Origin: a virus
Taxonomy: Duplodnaviria; Caudoviricetes
Virus record (IMG/VR): IMGVR_UViG_3300033070_000552
Coordinates: 1 to 64,000 of that record
Strand: one strand, 5' to 3'
DNA: 64,000 nt
Part shown: one piece after another, positions 55,601 to 62,616 of the stretch
Layout: every line of letters starts with the position of its first letter
Position numbering within the stretch: the stretch's first letter is position 1
The notes under the pieces: model-generated
What the model saw: only the letters and a program-made list of their open reading frames with translations
The model's database searches: none
Told to the model about the DNA's origin: nothing
Translations under genes and position numbers: made by a program

Positions 55601-55706
55601 GGAGGTGTATCTCAAAAGTCGATCGGCCGTTCGCGAGTCGCTCGCACCGATCGATGGTTCCACCGAGCCACCAAGCTCGTTGACGGGAGACGTTCCCGCC
55701 ACTGGA

Positions 55707-56447
55707 TCAACCCTTGACGGTCTCCCTCGGCACGCACCCGTATTCCTCGCTGCCTACGAGCGGGGCGAGTGCCCCGTGCATCTTCACCACGTCTTGCGGC
55801 TCGCGGAGGTAGTGAATCGCCAGCGAGCACGCGGCCCCGAACGTGTTGCCGCTATGCCCGTCGTCCATCGCGGGCACCCTGATCCGCTGCTCGTTGTAGG
55901 GGAGCTTGTAGAACGCCTCGACGGCCTCGGGCGTCTTGAGGGCGTCAGCGAACGCGACCGCCTGGGTGCAGCAGAACATCTCGTAACCCTCGTACTCCTG
56001 TCGAAACTCGGGGTTGTTCGCGCGGAACTTGTCGATCCGCCGCTTGAAGTGGTCGGGGAGGGAGTTGTATTGGGCGTCGAGCTTCGCCCGACCCGTCGTC
56101 TCGAACTCCTCCAACCGCTTTTGCTTGGTCTCGGCCAGATCGGCCTTGAACTGGGCCTCGTGCTCGGCGGCGGTCTGATACCGGGCCGTGCGCCAATTGA
56201 TGAGCCCGAGGCCCTCGCCGCCCGGATGATCCTCGCCGATCAATATGCCCCGCACCGGATAGCCCATGCCCCGCCCGTAAAGACGAACGGTGTTGCCAAT
56301 CTTCGGGGGTGGATCGAGTGGCGGACAATGGATCGAGGTTGATCCATCGAAGGTGAGGTAGGTTCCGCCCCCCGTCGCGGGCTCGACCTTCTCGATCGCG
56401 TGCTCTTGAAACTCCATGTCGTCCGACCATTGCTGTGCCATTTGCAT
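55707..56447 (-). CDS. hypothetical phage protein
   Basis: 246 aa, GGAG SD, downstream of a GGGAACGTCT motif. Confidence 0.65.
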   Translation of the reverse strand: MQMAQQWSDDMEFQEHAIEKVEPATGGGTYLTFDGSTSIHCPPLDPPPKIGNTVRLYGRGMGYPVRGILIGEDHPGGEGLGLINWRTARYQTAAEHEAQFKADLAETKQKRLEEFETTGRAKLDAQYNSLPDHFKRRIDKFRANNPEFRQEYEGYEMFCCTQAVAFADALKTPEAVEAFYKLPYNEQRIRVPAMDDGHSGNTFGAACSLAIHYLREPQDVVKMHGALAPLVGSEEYGCVPRETVKG

Positions 56448-56489
56448 TTCTCCGTGCCCACGACCGCCGGGAGACGTTCCCCCACCGCC

Positions 56490-58004
56490 CTACGTCCAAA
56501 TCATACGAACTCGCGGCGGGACGCGGATCGGGAACAATTCGCCGATCAGATATCGAATCCCGTCCGAGGTATGCGTGAGCGACTTGTCGGTCGTCTTGTC
56601 CATGTCGGAGGTGCCCTTCTTCCACGCGACCATCTCGAAATCGCGGATCGACTGCTCGCACCTGGGATGGATCGCGAACGCCGTCGGGCGGGCCATCAGA
56701 GCGTTGGTCGCGTTGACCGTCTCGATCACCGAGTAGGTCTCCCGCTGGTATTTCTTGGCCATGCTCGCGACGAGCGGGGGAAGGTCCCGCTCGATCACGT
56801 CGTAGTCCGACTGGAGGTTGCTCGCGGTGCGGCGCTGGTTGCCCGCCGGATCGCCGTAGACAATCACGGCGGGCTTCTCGCCCGGCGGCATCCCCGAGAT
56901 TTGCTTGATCCGCTCGACGACCTTTGTACACATCTCGGTGGTGCCGATATCGACCTCGACCACCTCGTCGATCACGACGAGCCGCTGGCCGCCGTACCCG
57001 CCGAGCGTTGATTGGAGCTGCGCGATCTCGACGCAGAACGGGTTGCGGTTGAAGTCCCACGTCACATGGAAGGGGAGCCGGGGGTCGGCGGTGATCGTCG
57101 GATCGACGTGCCGCTGGCGGTTGAAGGCGTGGTAGACCGCCCCCTCGGTGACCGCCACGAACATCCCCTTGAGTTCTTGTTGGGCGTACTTGCCCGTGAA
57201 CGACGCCGCGAGCATCTCGGTGTAGTCGGCGGGCAGATCGGGGTTGCACTCGGTGGGCATGTGGATCACGCGGCGGGCCGCCGACGGTGGCATCTTCGCG
57301 GCGTTGATGATGAGTTCCTTGTAAATCCAGTCGAAGCCGTTGGGCGATGTCGCGATGCGGATCAGCCGCTGGCGTGCCTTCCTGCACCGAATACGACCGA
57401 GCAGCACGAGGAACGCCTTGTGCTTGGCGTCGCGAAGCTCGTCGACGGCCGCCCACCCGAGCGTCATGCCTCGGATCGAGTCGTAGTTTTCGAGCGAGCG
57501 GACGACGGCCTGCCCCCAGTCACGAACCGAGAGCACGCCGTTGTGCTTGCGGAACCGCGACCTGAACCTCGTCACCTCGCCGGTCTTTGAGTCGGTCTCG
57601 GTCCACGTCTTGGGGGGCTCGCGGTTGTACACGAAGTCCTCGCCGTGGCTCATGCCCATCGCTTCGAGCTGCTCCCAGAGCGCCGGGAGGGTGGACTGCT
57701 CAAGCTGCTTGTAGGTGTTGGCGAAGATACCGCCGATCGTTCCGGTACCCGCCTCGGCGAACATGTGCGAGGTGATGAAGAACCCGAGCCCGAACGTCTT
57801 GCCCGAACCGATCCCCCCGACGGCGGCGACGAGAAACGTCGAGAGGTCGGACACGAAGTCGTATTGGGGTTTCGAGTTTGGCGTGATCGTGTAGACGTTG
57901 GGCTCGCGATCGGCCTTGGACGATTCCTCCTCGGGCGTGGTGATTACCGCCCCGGGGTTGGCGATGGCGAGAAGGTCGCGGGGGGATTGAAAGAGAAGGC
58001 TCAT
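56490..58004 (-). CDS. terminase large subunit
   Basis: GGIGSGKT Walker A, AAVDE Walker B, ATSPNGFDWIYKE, TWDFN, YGDPAG, HTSDGIRY nuclease motifs. Confidence 0.93.
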   Translation of the reverse strand: MSLLFQSPRDLLAIANPGAVITTPEEESSKADREPNVYTITPNSKPQYDFVSDLSTFLVAAVGGIGSGKTFGLGFFITSHMFAEAGTGTIGGIFANTYKQLEQSTLPALWEQLEAMGMSHGEDFVYNREPPKTWTETDSKTGEVTRFRSRFRKHNGVLSVRDWGQAVVRSLENYDSIRGMTLGWAAVDELRDAKHKAFLVLLGRIRCRKARQRLIRIATSPNGFDWIYKELIINAAKMPPSAARRVIHMPTECNPDLPADYTEMLAASFTGKYAQQELKGMFVAVTEGAVYHAFNRQRHVDPTITADPRLPFHVTWDFNRNPFCVEIAQLQSTLGGYGGQRLVVIDEVVEVDIGTTEMCTKVVERIKQISGMPPGEKPAVIVYGDPAGNQRRTASNLQSDYDVIERDLPPLVASMAKKYQRETYSVIETVNATNALMARPTAFAIHPRCEQSIRDFEMVAWKKGTSDMDKTTDKSLTHTSDGIRYLIGELFPIRVPPRVRMIWT

Positions 58005-58885
58005 GGGGCGGGGGTGGGAGTCGATATCCCTGCGATATCGACCCGGAGACGTTTACCGTCGATGGGGGATTCCTTGTAGAGCCGGTCCTTGGCGATCTCG
58101 ACGTACTCGGGCGAGATTTCGATGCCCGTGAAGTACCGCCCGTGCTTGGCCGCGATCACGGCGGTGGTGCCCGAGCCGAGAAACGGGTCGAGCACCATGT
58201 CGCCGGGTCTGGAGAACGTCTGAACGAGATCCTGGCAGAGCCGGTCGGGGAAGGTCGCGGGGTGGCGGAACTTGGTGGGGTTGGCCTCGGTGACGGTGCC
58301 GCGATAGTCCCACACCGTGCCTCGACACATCGTCGCGGGATTGATCAGTACCTTCCCCGGTTTGTTTTTGACCCATCCGTCCTTACCGAGATGTCCGGTG
58401 CTTCCGCTGCTACGAGTTTTCCCCGGTCGCGATGTCGGGATAAACGTTGTCGACTTATCGAACGCCCGCAACTTCTCGCCGTTGCAGAACACAAAGACGT
58501 GCTCGTGGTCTCCGCGGAAGCACGTCGGGAAAATGCCCGGGATTCCCCCGCGTCGATAGACCAGATCATCGAACAACCGCCACCCCATCTCCATCCACGC
58601 GGCCGCCATGCGGATCGACGTGCCCGACCTCAGCCCGTTCTTGCGGGCGTCCTGAATGACCACGATCGCCGCCCCCCCGACAACCGTGGCCCGTTTGATC
58701 TGCTCGCCGAGCCGCTTGAGATCGACCGACCACTTGCCCTTGTAGTTGCGCAGGTCGTCGTACGGCGGGCTCGTGACCGTGCAATGGATCGACCCGGGGG
58801 CGATCTTCCCCAGTACGTCGTGGCACGAGCCGATGAGGATGCGCGAGCCGTCGGTGAGCTGACGCGGCGTGAGGATGTCACCCAT
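58001..58885 (-). CDS. N4C/N6A DNA methyltransferase (beta class)
   Basis: TSPPY, HPATFP, VLDPFLGSGTT. Confidence 0.92.
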   Translation of the reverse strand: MGDILTPRQLTDGSRILIGSCHDVLGKIAPGSIHCTVTSPPYDDLRNYKGKWSVDLKRLGEQIKRATVVGGAAIVVIQDARKNGLRSGTSIRMAAAWMEMGWRLFDDLVYRRGGIPGIFPTCFRGDHEHVFVFCNGEKLRAFDKSTTFIPTSRPGKTRSSGSTGHLGKDGWVKNKPGKVLINPATMCRGTVWDYRGTVTEANPTKFRHPATFPDRLCQDLVQTFSRPGDMVLDPFLGSGTTAVIAAKHGRYFTGIEISPEYVEIAKDRLYKESPIDGKRLRVDIAGISTPTPAP

Positions 58886-59186
58886 TGCGCACACCCCCGA
58901 GCAACTCCCCCTCCCGCAGAATGATGTGCTTGGCCCCGCTGATCTCGACCTCGGTCCCGGCGTCCTTGCCGTACACCACCTCGTCGCCGACCTTGACGGC
59001 CATCCTGAGCCGCTCGCCGATCGATCCCCGCTTGCCCTCGGCGAGCTTGCCCGGCCCCGCAGCGACGATCGTGCCGCGCACCTGCTTCTCCTTGGCGACC
59101 TCGGGAAGGTGAAGCCCGCCCGCCGTGATCGACGACGTATCGAGCGGGCGAATGAGAACGCGATCTTGGGTGGGCGTGATCTTCAT
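58878..59186 (-). CDS. groES: co-chaperonin GroES
   Basis: PTQDRVLIR...TAGGLHLPEVAKEK...AAGPG...VKVGDEVVY...LREGELLG. Confidence 0.95.
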   Translation of the reverse strand: MKITPTQDRVLIRPLDTSSITAGGLHLPEVAKEKQVRGTIVAAGPGKLAEGKRGSIGERLRMAVKVGDEVVYGKDAGTEVEISGAKHIILREGELLGGVRNG

Positions 59187-59212
59187 GGAATGAATCTCCT
59201 TGGCGTGGTCTG

Positions 59213-59806
59213 CTAGACGGCAATCGGTATCGGTTCGTTGAACACCGGACGGGTCATTCTAAAACCACTGGAGGCCGCGCGTCGCACGACCCTCGCGTCG
59301 TAGGCGTCGGACTGCCCGCTGGCGCTGGCGTACCGCATGACCTTGTACCCGGCCTGGTCGATCTTCTTGCCCAGAGCGACAAGCTCGGCAGCGTTGGTCG
59401 GGGCGGGGACGACCACCGACGAGAACAGAAGCCCGCCCGAGATCGGAACCTTGGCGTGGCGAAGCCGAACCGCCGCGTGGTCCCACCTGGGGAACATATC
59501 GAAGCGGTCGTGCATCGGCCTCTCCCCGCAGTATTCCGCGTAGCACGGGAGCGAGAGCTTGAGCCGGATCAGCGTGAGAAGCTGGTCGTCGAAGTACCGC
59601 TCGTCCCCGAGGAACGCGATCATGCGGGGCCTGTCGTCCCCTCGTGGCATCTCGGCGGCGATGCGGTCGAAAAGATCGTGGAGCTTGTAGCTCTTGCACT
59701 GCCGCTCGTTGAACACGACCGCCATGACCGGGAGCCCGGCGATGTACCCGTCGCCCCCGAGCCACGACGGGATCAGCGTGTAGAGCGGGTAGAGAGACTT
59801 GCTCAT
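59213..59806 (-). CDS. degenerate QueE/NrdG-like radical-SAM-fold protein lacking CxxxCxxC
   Basis: SWLGGDGYIAGLPVMAVVF, IAFLGDE and CYAEYCG align by eye with QueE motifs SIQGEG..AG.P.VF, VVITGGEP and IETNG. Confidence 0.4.
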   Translation of the reverse strand: MSKSLYPLYTLIPSWLGGDGYIAGLPVMAVVFNERQCKSYKLHDLFDRIAAEMPRGDDRPRMIAFLGDERYFDDQLLTLIRLKLSLPCYAEYCGERPMHDRFDMFPRWDHAAVRLRHAKVPISGGLLFSSVVVPAPTNAAELVALGKKIDQAGYKVMRYASASGQSDAYDARVVRRAASSGFRMTRPVFNEPIPIAV

Positions 59807-60324
59807 GGCGCGGCCTCGGCTTCCCTGCCCTTGGGCCGCATCGCGTCGCGGAGCTTCTGCGAGGCGAGGGCCGAGTCGGCGATCCGCTGGTTGTCGTCGG
59901 CGGCGTTGGCGTCGAGCCTCCGCTCGATCGCCCGGAGAACATACGAGACGACCGACCCGTCGGGGAGGATCAGCCCCGCCCCCGAGAGCATCTTGAAGTG
60001 GGAGACCACGCACGAGGACGGCATCGACGTACGCTGGTCGATCGCGAAGAGAACCGCGTTGGCGTGATCGGCGACGCGGGACCAGCACCACGAAAGCACC
60101 GCCTCATCCCCGACGGCGAGTATCTCGCGAGGGATCGGGTCGCTCGCGGCCACCGATCGAAGCGTGTGCGACGCCGAGGCCCACCCCGAGACGAACTCGA
60201 TCCAATACGGGATACCAAAGCACACGCCCATCCTCCACCGCTCGCTCTCGTGGCGAGTAGCGATGGCGGCGACCTCCTGGGCGAACGTCCTCGCCGGTTC
60301 TTGCGATGGCCCTTTGGACTTCAC
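59803..60324 (-). CDS. hypothetical protein
   Basis: GTGA/ATGA-coupled to both neighbours. Confidence 0.55.
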   Translation of the reverse strand: MKSKGPSQEPARTFAQEVAAIATRHESERWRMGVCFGIPYWIEFVSGWASASHTLRSVAASDPIPREILAVGDEAVLSWCWSRVADHANAVLFAIDQRTSMPSSCVVSHFKMLSGAGLILPDGSVVSYVLRAIERRLDANAADDNQRIADSALASQKLRDAMRPKGREAEAAP

Positions 60325-60698
60325 CCTTTGAGTTTCTCCAGACCCTCGATGCCGATCGCGGGGCCGAGCGTCGGGTCCTCGGAGTAAAGCCACCGCTTCT
60401 CGTCGGCGCTGAGCGTCGTGAAGAACATCTCGCGGCACCTGTCGCACCCCCGCTCGGTGACGTGCCAGATCGACGAGATGATCTCGCACCGGCGGGCGAG
60501 CTGCGAGGCCGACTGCTGCTCCTGGGGCGATACCTCAAGGTCGGCGTCGTCCTTCCCGCAGAGCGTGCGGGTCTTGACCGCGTACTCGACCCCCGGCGTT
60601 ACAAGGGCGTCGCCGGGGATCACGATCGGGCCACGGCGGACCGTGTAGGGGGCGCGCGGTTTATTCCAGACGATCGGAAGTTGGTGGGGATGCGGCAT
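60321..60698 (-). CDS. hypothetical protein with Cys motifs
   Basis: GGAGG SD; C..., CDRC. Confidence 0.55.
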   Translation of the reverse strand: MPHPHQLPIVWNKPRAPYTVRRGPIVIPGDALVTPGVEYAVKTRTLCGKDDADLEVSPQEQQSASQLARRCEIISSIWHVTERGCDRCREMFFTTLSADEKRWLYSEDPTLGPAIGIEGLEKLKG

Positions 60699-60795
60699 GA
60701 CGGAAAGCCTCCATTGGCGATCAGTGTAGACGATCGGGGATTGTTCCGCACAATCGGTGGAGGGGTCGGTTTATTTCACCATGAAATAAAACGGG

Positions 60796-61446
60796 TCAGC
60801 AATCGCGAAGAACCCCGTTCTGGAGCATCGCGTGGTACGAGCCCTTGAGAATCGATCCGCCCCCGGCCCCGCACGTCAGCCCGTTCTTGTCGACGGTGAT
60901 GTTCGGGGCCTCGCCGTGACGCACCCAGCACTTGTGCTCGTGGTCGCCCTTCCTGTCGCAGTTCGAGCATTGCCCGTCGATCATCCAGTCGCCGCCAGGG
61001 GTCCGCACCACGAGGCACCGACCGTCGGGTCCGCGATTGCGTCGATCCTTGTCGCTCTGGTACTGGAGATGACCGTCGACCATCCAGTCGGCGAACCACA
61101 TCGCGCCGGGCGGTGCGTTTCGCATCTCGATAATCTCGCCGGTATCGGTGCGCTTCCAGAAGTTCTTCCACGACGCGACCCGGTAGTCCTTGTCAGTGAA
61201 CTCGTACCCGCAGGCGCACCTTCTCGGCCATCGCGGGTCATTGTCGCCCGGGGTCCAGCTATACGACCGCTCGATCTCGCTGGAGGGGTCAACGACGAGA
61301 TCGACCTCGGCGTGGCAGTATCCGAGCTTGGGATTTGCCGGGCAGGCGACCCGCCCATCGAACCCACGGAAATAGCTCAGCGTCTTGGGGTGCGGAAGCG
61401 GGGTATCGTGAACCGGATCGATCATAAAGCACTTGATCTCTGCCAT
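60796..61446 (-). CDS. Cys/His-rich protein with DUF6527-like C-terminus
   Basis: GPDGRCLVVRTPGGDWMID...CSNC...HKCWVRHG...TCGAGGGSI...YHAMLQNGVL. Confidence 0.5.
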   Translation of the reverse strand: MAEIKCFMIDPVHDTPLPHPKTLSYFRGFDGRVACPANPKLGYCHAEVDLVVDPSSEIERSYSWTPGDNDPRWPRRCACGYEFTDKDYRVASWKNFWKRTDTGEIIEMRNAPPGAMWFADWMVDGHLQYQSDKDRRNRGPDGRCLVVRTPGGDWMIDGQCSNCDRKGDHEHKCWVRHGEAPNITVDKNGLTCGAGGGSILKGSYHAMLQNGVLRDC

Positions 61447-61451
61447 TGGGT

Positions 61452-61763
61452 TTATCCCGGTTTCGATGTGATGAGTTCGCCGCTGGTGATGTTGCCGTGC
61501 CAGTGGCCCGTCTTTTCCGCGTTGACCGATGGTTCCAAGGTGATCGTCTCGAACGTGTCGCCGGTTCGATTCCAGACCAGACCCTCGACGTGGGGATGCG
61601 GCCACGGAACCCCAAGCCTGGACAACATCGCGTCGTCGAACGAGGGCTTGAACAAAACCGTAATCCGCGTGGCCCGGCAGTGGGGGCACTCGAACGAAAG
61701 CCCGGTTACGGGTCCGTCTGAGAACGCCCTTGTCCATCGCGGATTAAAGTCCGTCAATCGCAT
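61452..61763 (-). CDS. DUF6527-like zinc-binding protein
   Basis: FECPHC...WNRTGDTFETITLEPSV...HWHGNITSG. Confidence 0.6.
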   Translation of the reverse strand: MRLTDFNPRWTRAFSDGPVTGLSFECPHCRATRITVLFKPSFDDAMLSRLGVPWPHPHVEGLVWNRTGDTFETITLEPSVNAEKTGHWHGNITSGELITSKPG

Positions 61764-61772
61764 GGCTTTATC

Positions 61773-62597
61773 CTATCGCCCCACGATCGGCCTCGCCCCC
61801 GCGTCGAAGATTCGTATCTCGCTCTTAATATCGATCGACCCCCGGAGGATCACGGCCCGGGTCGACGGCACCGACAACGCCCCCGCGACCTGGACCTTCC
61901 AGAACTGGTCCTTGGTGCAGAGCCGGTACCCGCGACCCTCGACGAACCACCCTACGCATGGCGAGAGGGGCTTGCCCGGGGCGATGTACTTTGACCACGC
62001 CTCCATCGTGCGGTGCTGCTTGTACATCGACGGCGACGGAACCCTCCCGGGCATCGCCGTCGATGGCGTGAAGTCGTCGTCCTCGTGGTAGTAGAGCGAT
62101 GGAGAGATTTCGTCCCACCCCTTGGCGAACTCTTCGAGCATCGCGATACGCGACGGCATGAGCGGGGAGTTCTCGCCGTGGATGAGGTACGCCTGGTCGA
62201 CGTACGCCGAGAGCGTGAGGTGGGGGTACGCCGCCCTGATCTCGTCCCTCGCGAGCTTCATCTCGCGGAACGGCCACCCCGCCCACTCGTCCCGTTCCTC
62301 GTGGAAGTGAACAACGATTCGGTAGGGGCCCTGCGCCGGGATCAGTATCTTTCGCTTCGACACCGCGACGAAGGGATCGATCGTTAGCGCCTCGGCGAAC
62401 GAGGGGAAGACGGCCCGGTGCCAGTTGGTCATGAACGCCGTCGTCTGGTGGTTGGCCCCCCACGGGGCCGGGGGATGGCCTAGGAAGCCCCCGGAGCGAT
62501 TCGAGATCGCGGTCGCGTATTCGACGGACCTCCCCGTCGAAACGGCAGGGAAAGGCTTGTAGGGGAAGGAAGCGAGGTCGGACGGGTGGTCGGTCAC
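61773..62597 (-). CDS. putative glycoside-hydrolase-like (TIM-barrel) protein
   Basis: GTG 62597 with GGGGA SD; alternating alpha/beta pattern, DEISPSLYY, aromatic-rich; follows the holin-like gene. Function not established. Confidence 0.35.
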   Translation of the reverse strand: MTDHPSDLASFPYKPFPAVSTGRSVEYATAISNRSGGFLGHPPAPWGANHQTTAFMTNWHRAVFPSFAEALTIDPFVAVSKRKILIPAQGPYRIVVHFHEERDEWAGWPFREMKLARDEIRAAYPHLTLSAYVDQAYLIHGENSPLMPSRIAMLEEFAKGWDEISPSLYYHEDDDFTPSTAMPGRVPSPSMYKQHRTMEAWSKYIAPGKPLSPCVGWFVEGRGYRLCTKDQFWKVQVAGALSVPSTRAVILRGSIDIKSEIRIFDAGARPIVGR

Positions 62598-62616
62598 AAC
62601 AAATCCCCGTGGGAGG

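Larger units (their letters stand above)
418..56481 (-). promoter_or_regulatory. recurrent GGGAACGTCT motif (putative phage-sigma promoter element), 16 copies
   Basis: Plus-strand AGACGTTCCC at 418, 3221, 7143, 8993, 11017, 20084, 22627, 27097, 29140, 31988, 32800, 33686, 34792, 51548, 55688, 56472; all in the coding orientation. Confidence 0.85.
10981..58039. repeat. dispersed 17-bp element GATATCCCTGCGATATC, 4 exact copies plus 1 variant
   Basis: Starts at 10981, 16478, 31468, 58023; inverted variant with 2 mismatches at 28759. Confidence 0.9.
2278..60788. repeat. dispersed 17-bp palindrome TATTTC(A/G)TGGTGAAATA, 21 copies
   Basis: Starts at 2278, 5914, 7200, 12633, 14246, 18234, 20124, 22369, 26874, 28717, 33712, 34821, 34976, 38877, 43369, 47040, 47181, 50804, 52705, 55368, 60772. 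Confidence 0.95.

Noticed and set aside
2278-60788. CRISPR array or integron cassette interpretation of the 17-bp repeats
   Set aside because: The copies are irregularly dispersed, often inside essential genes, with no regular spacers and no cas or integrase gene.
61773-62597. Firm endolysin call for the gene after the PAS protein
   Set aside because: No recognised amidase, muramidase or peptidase catalytic motif; kept only as a low-confidence hydrolase-like protein.
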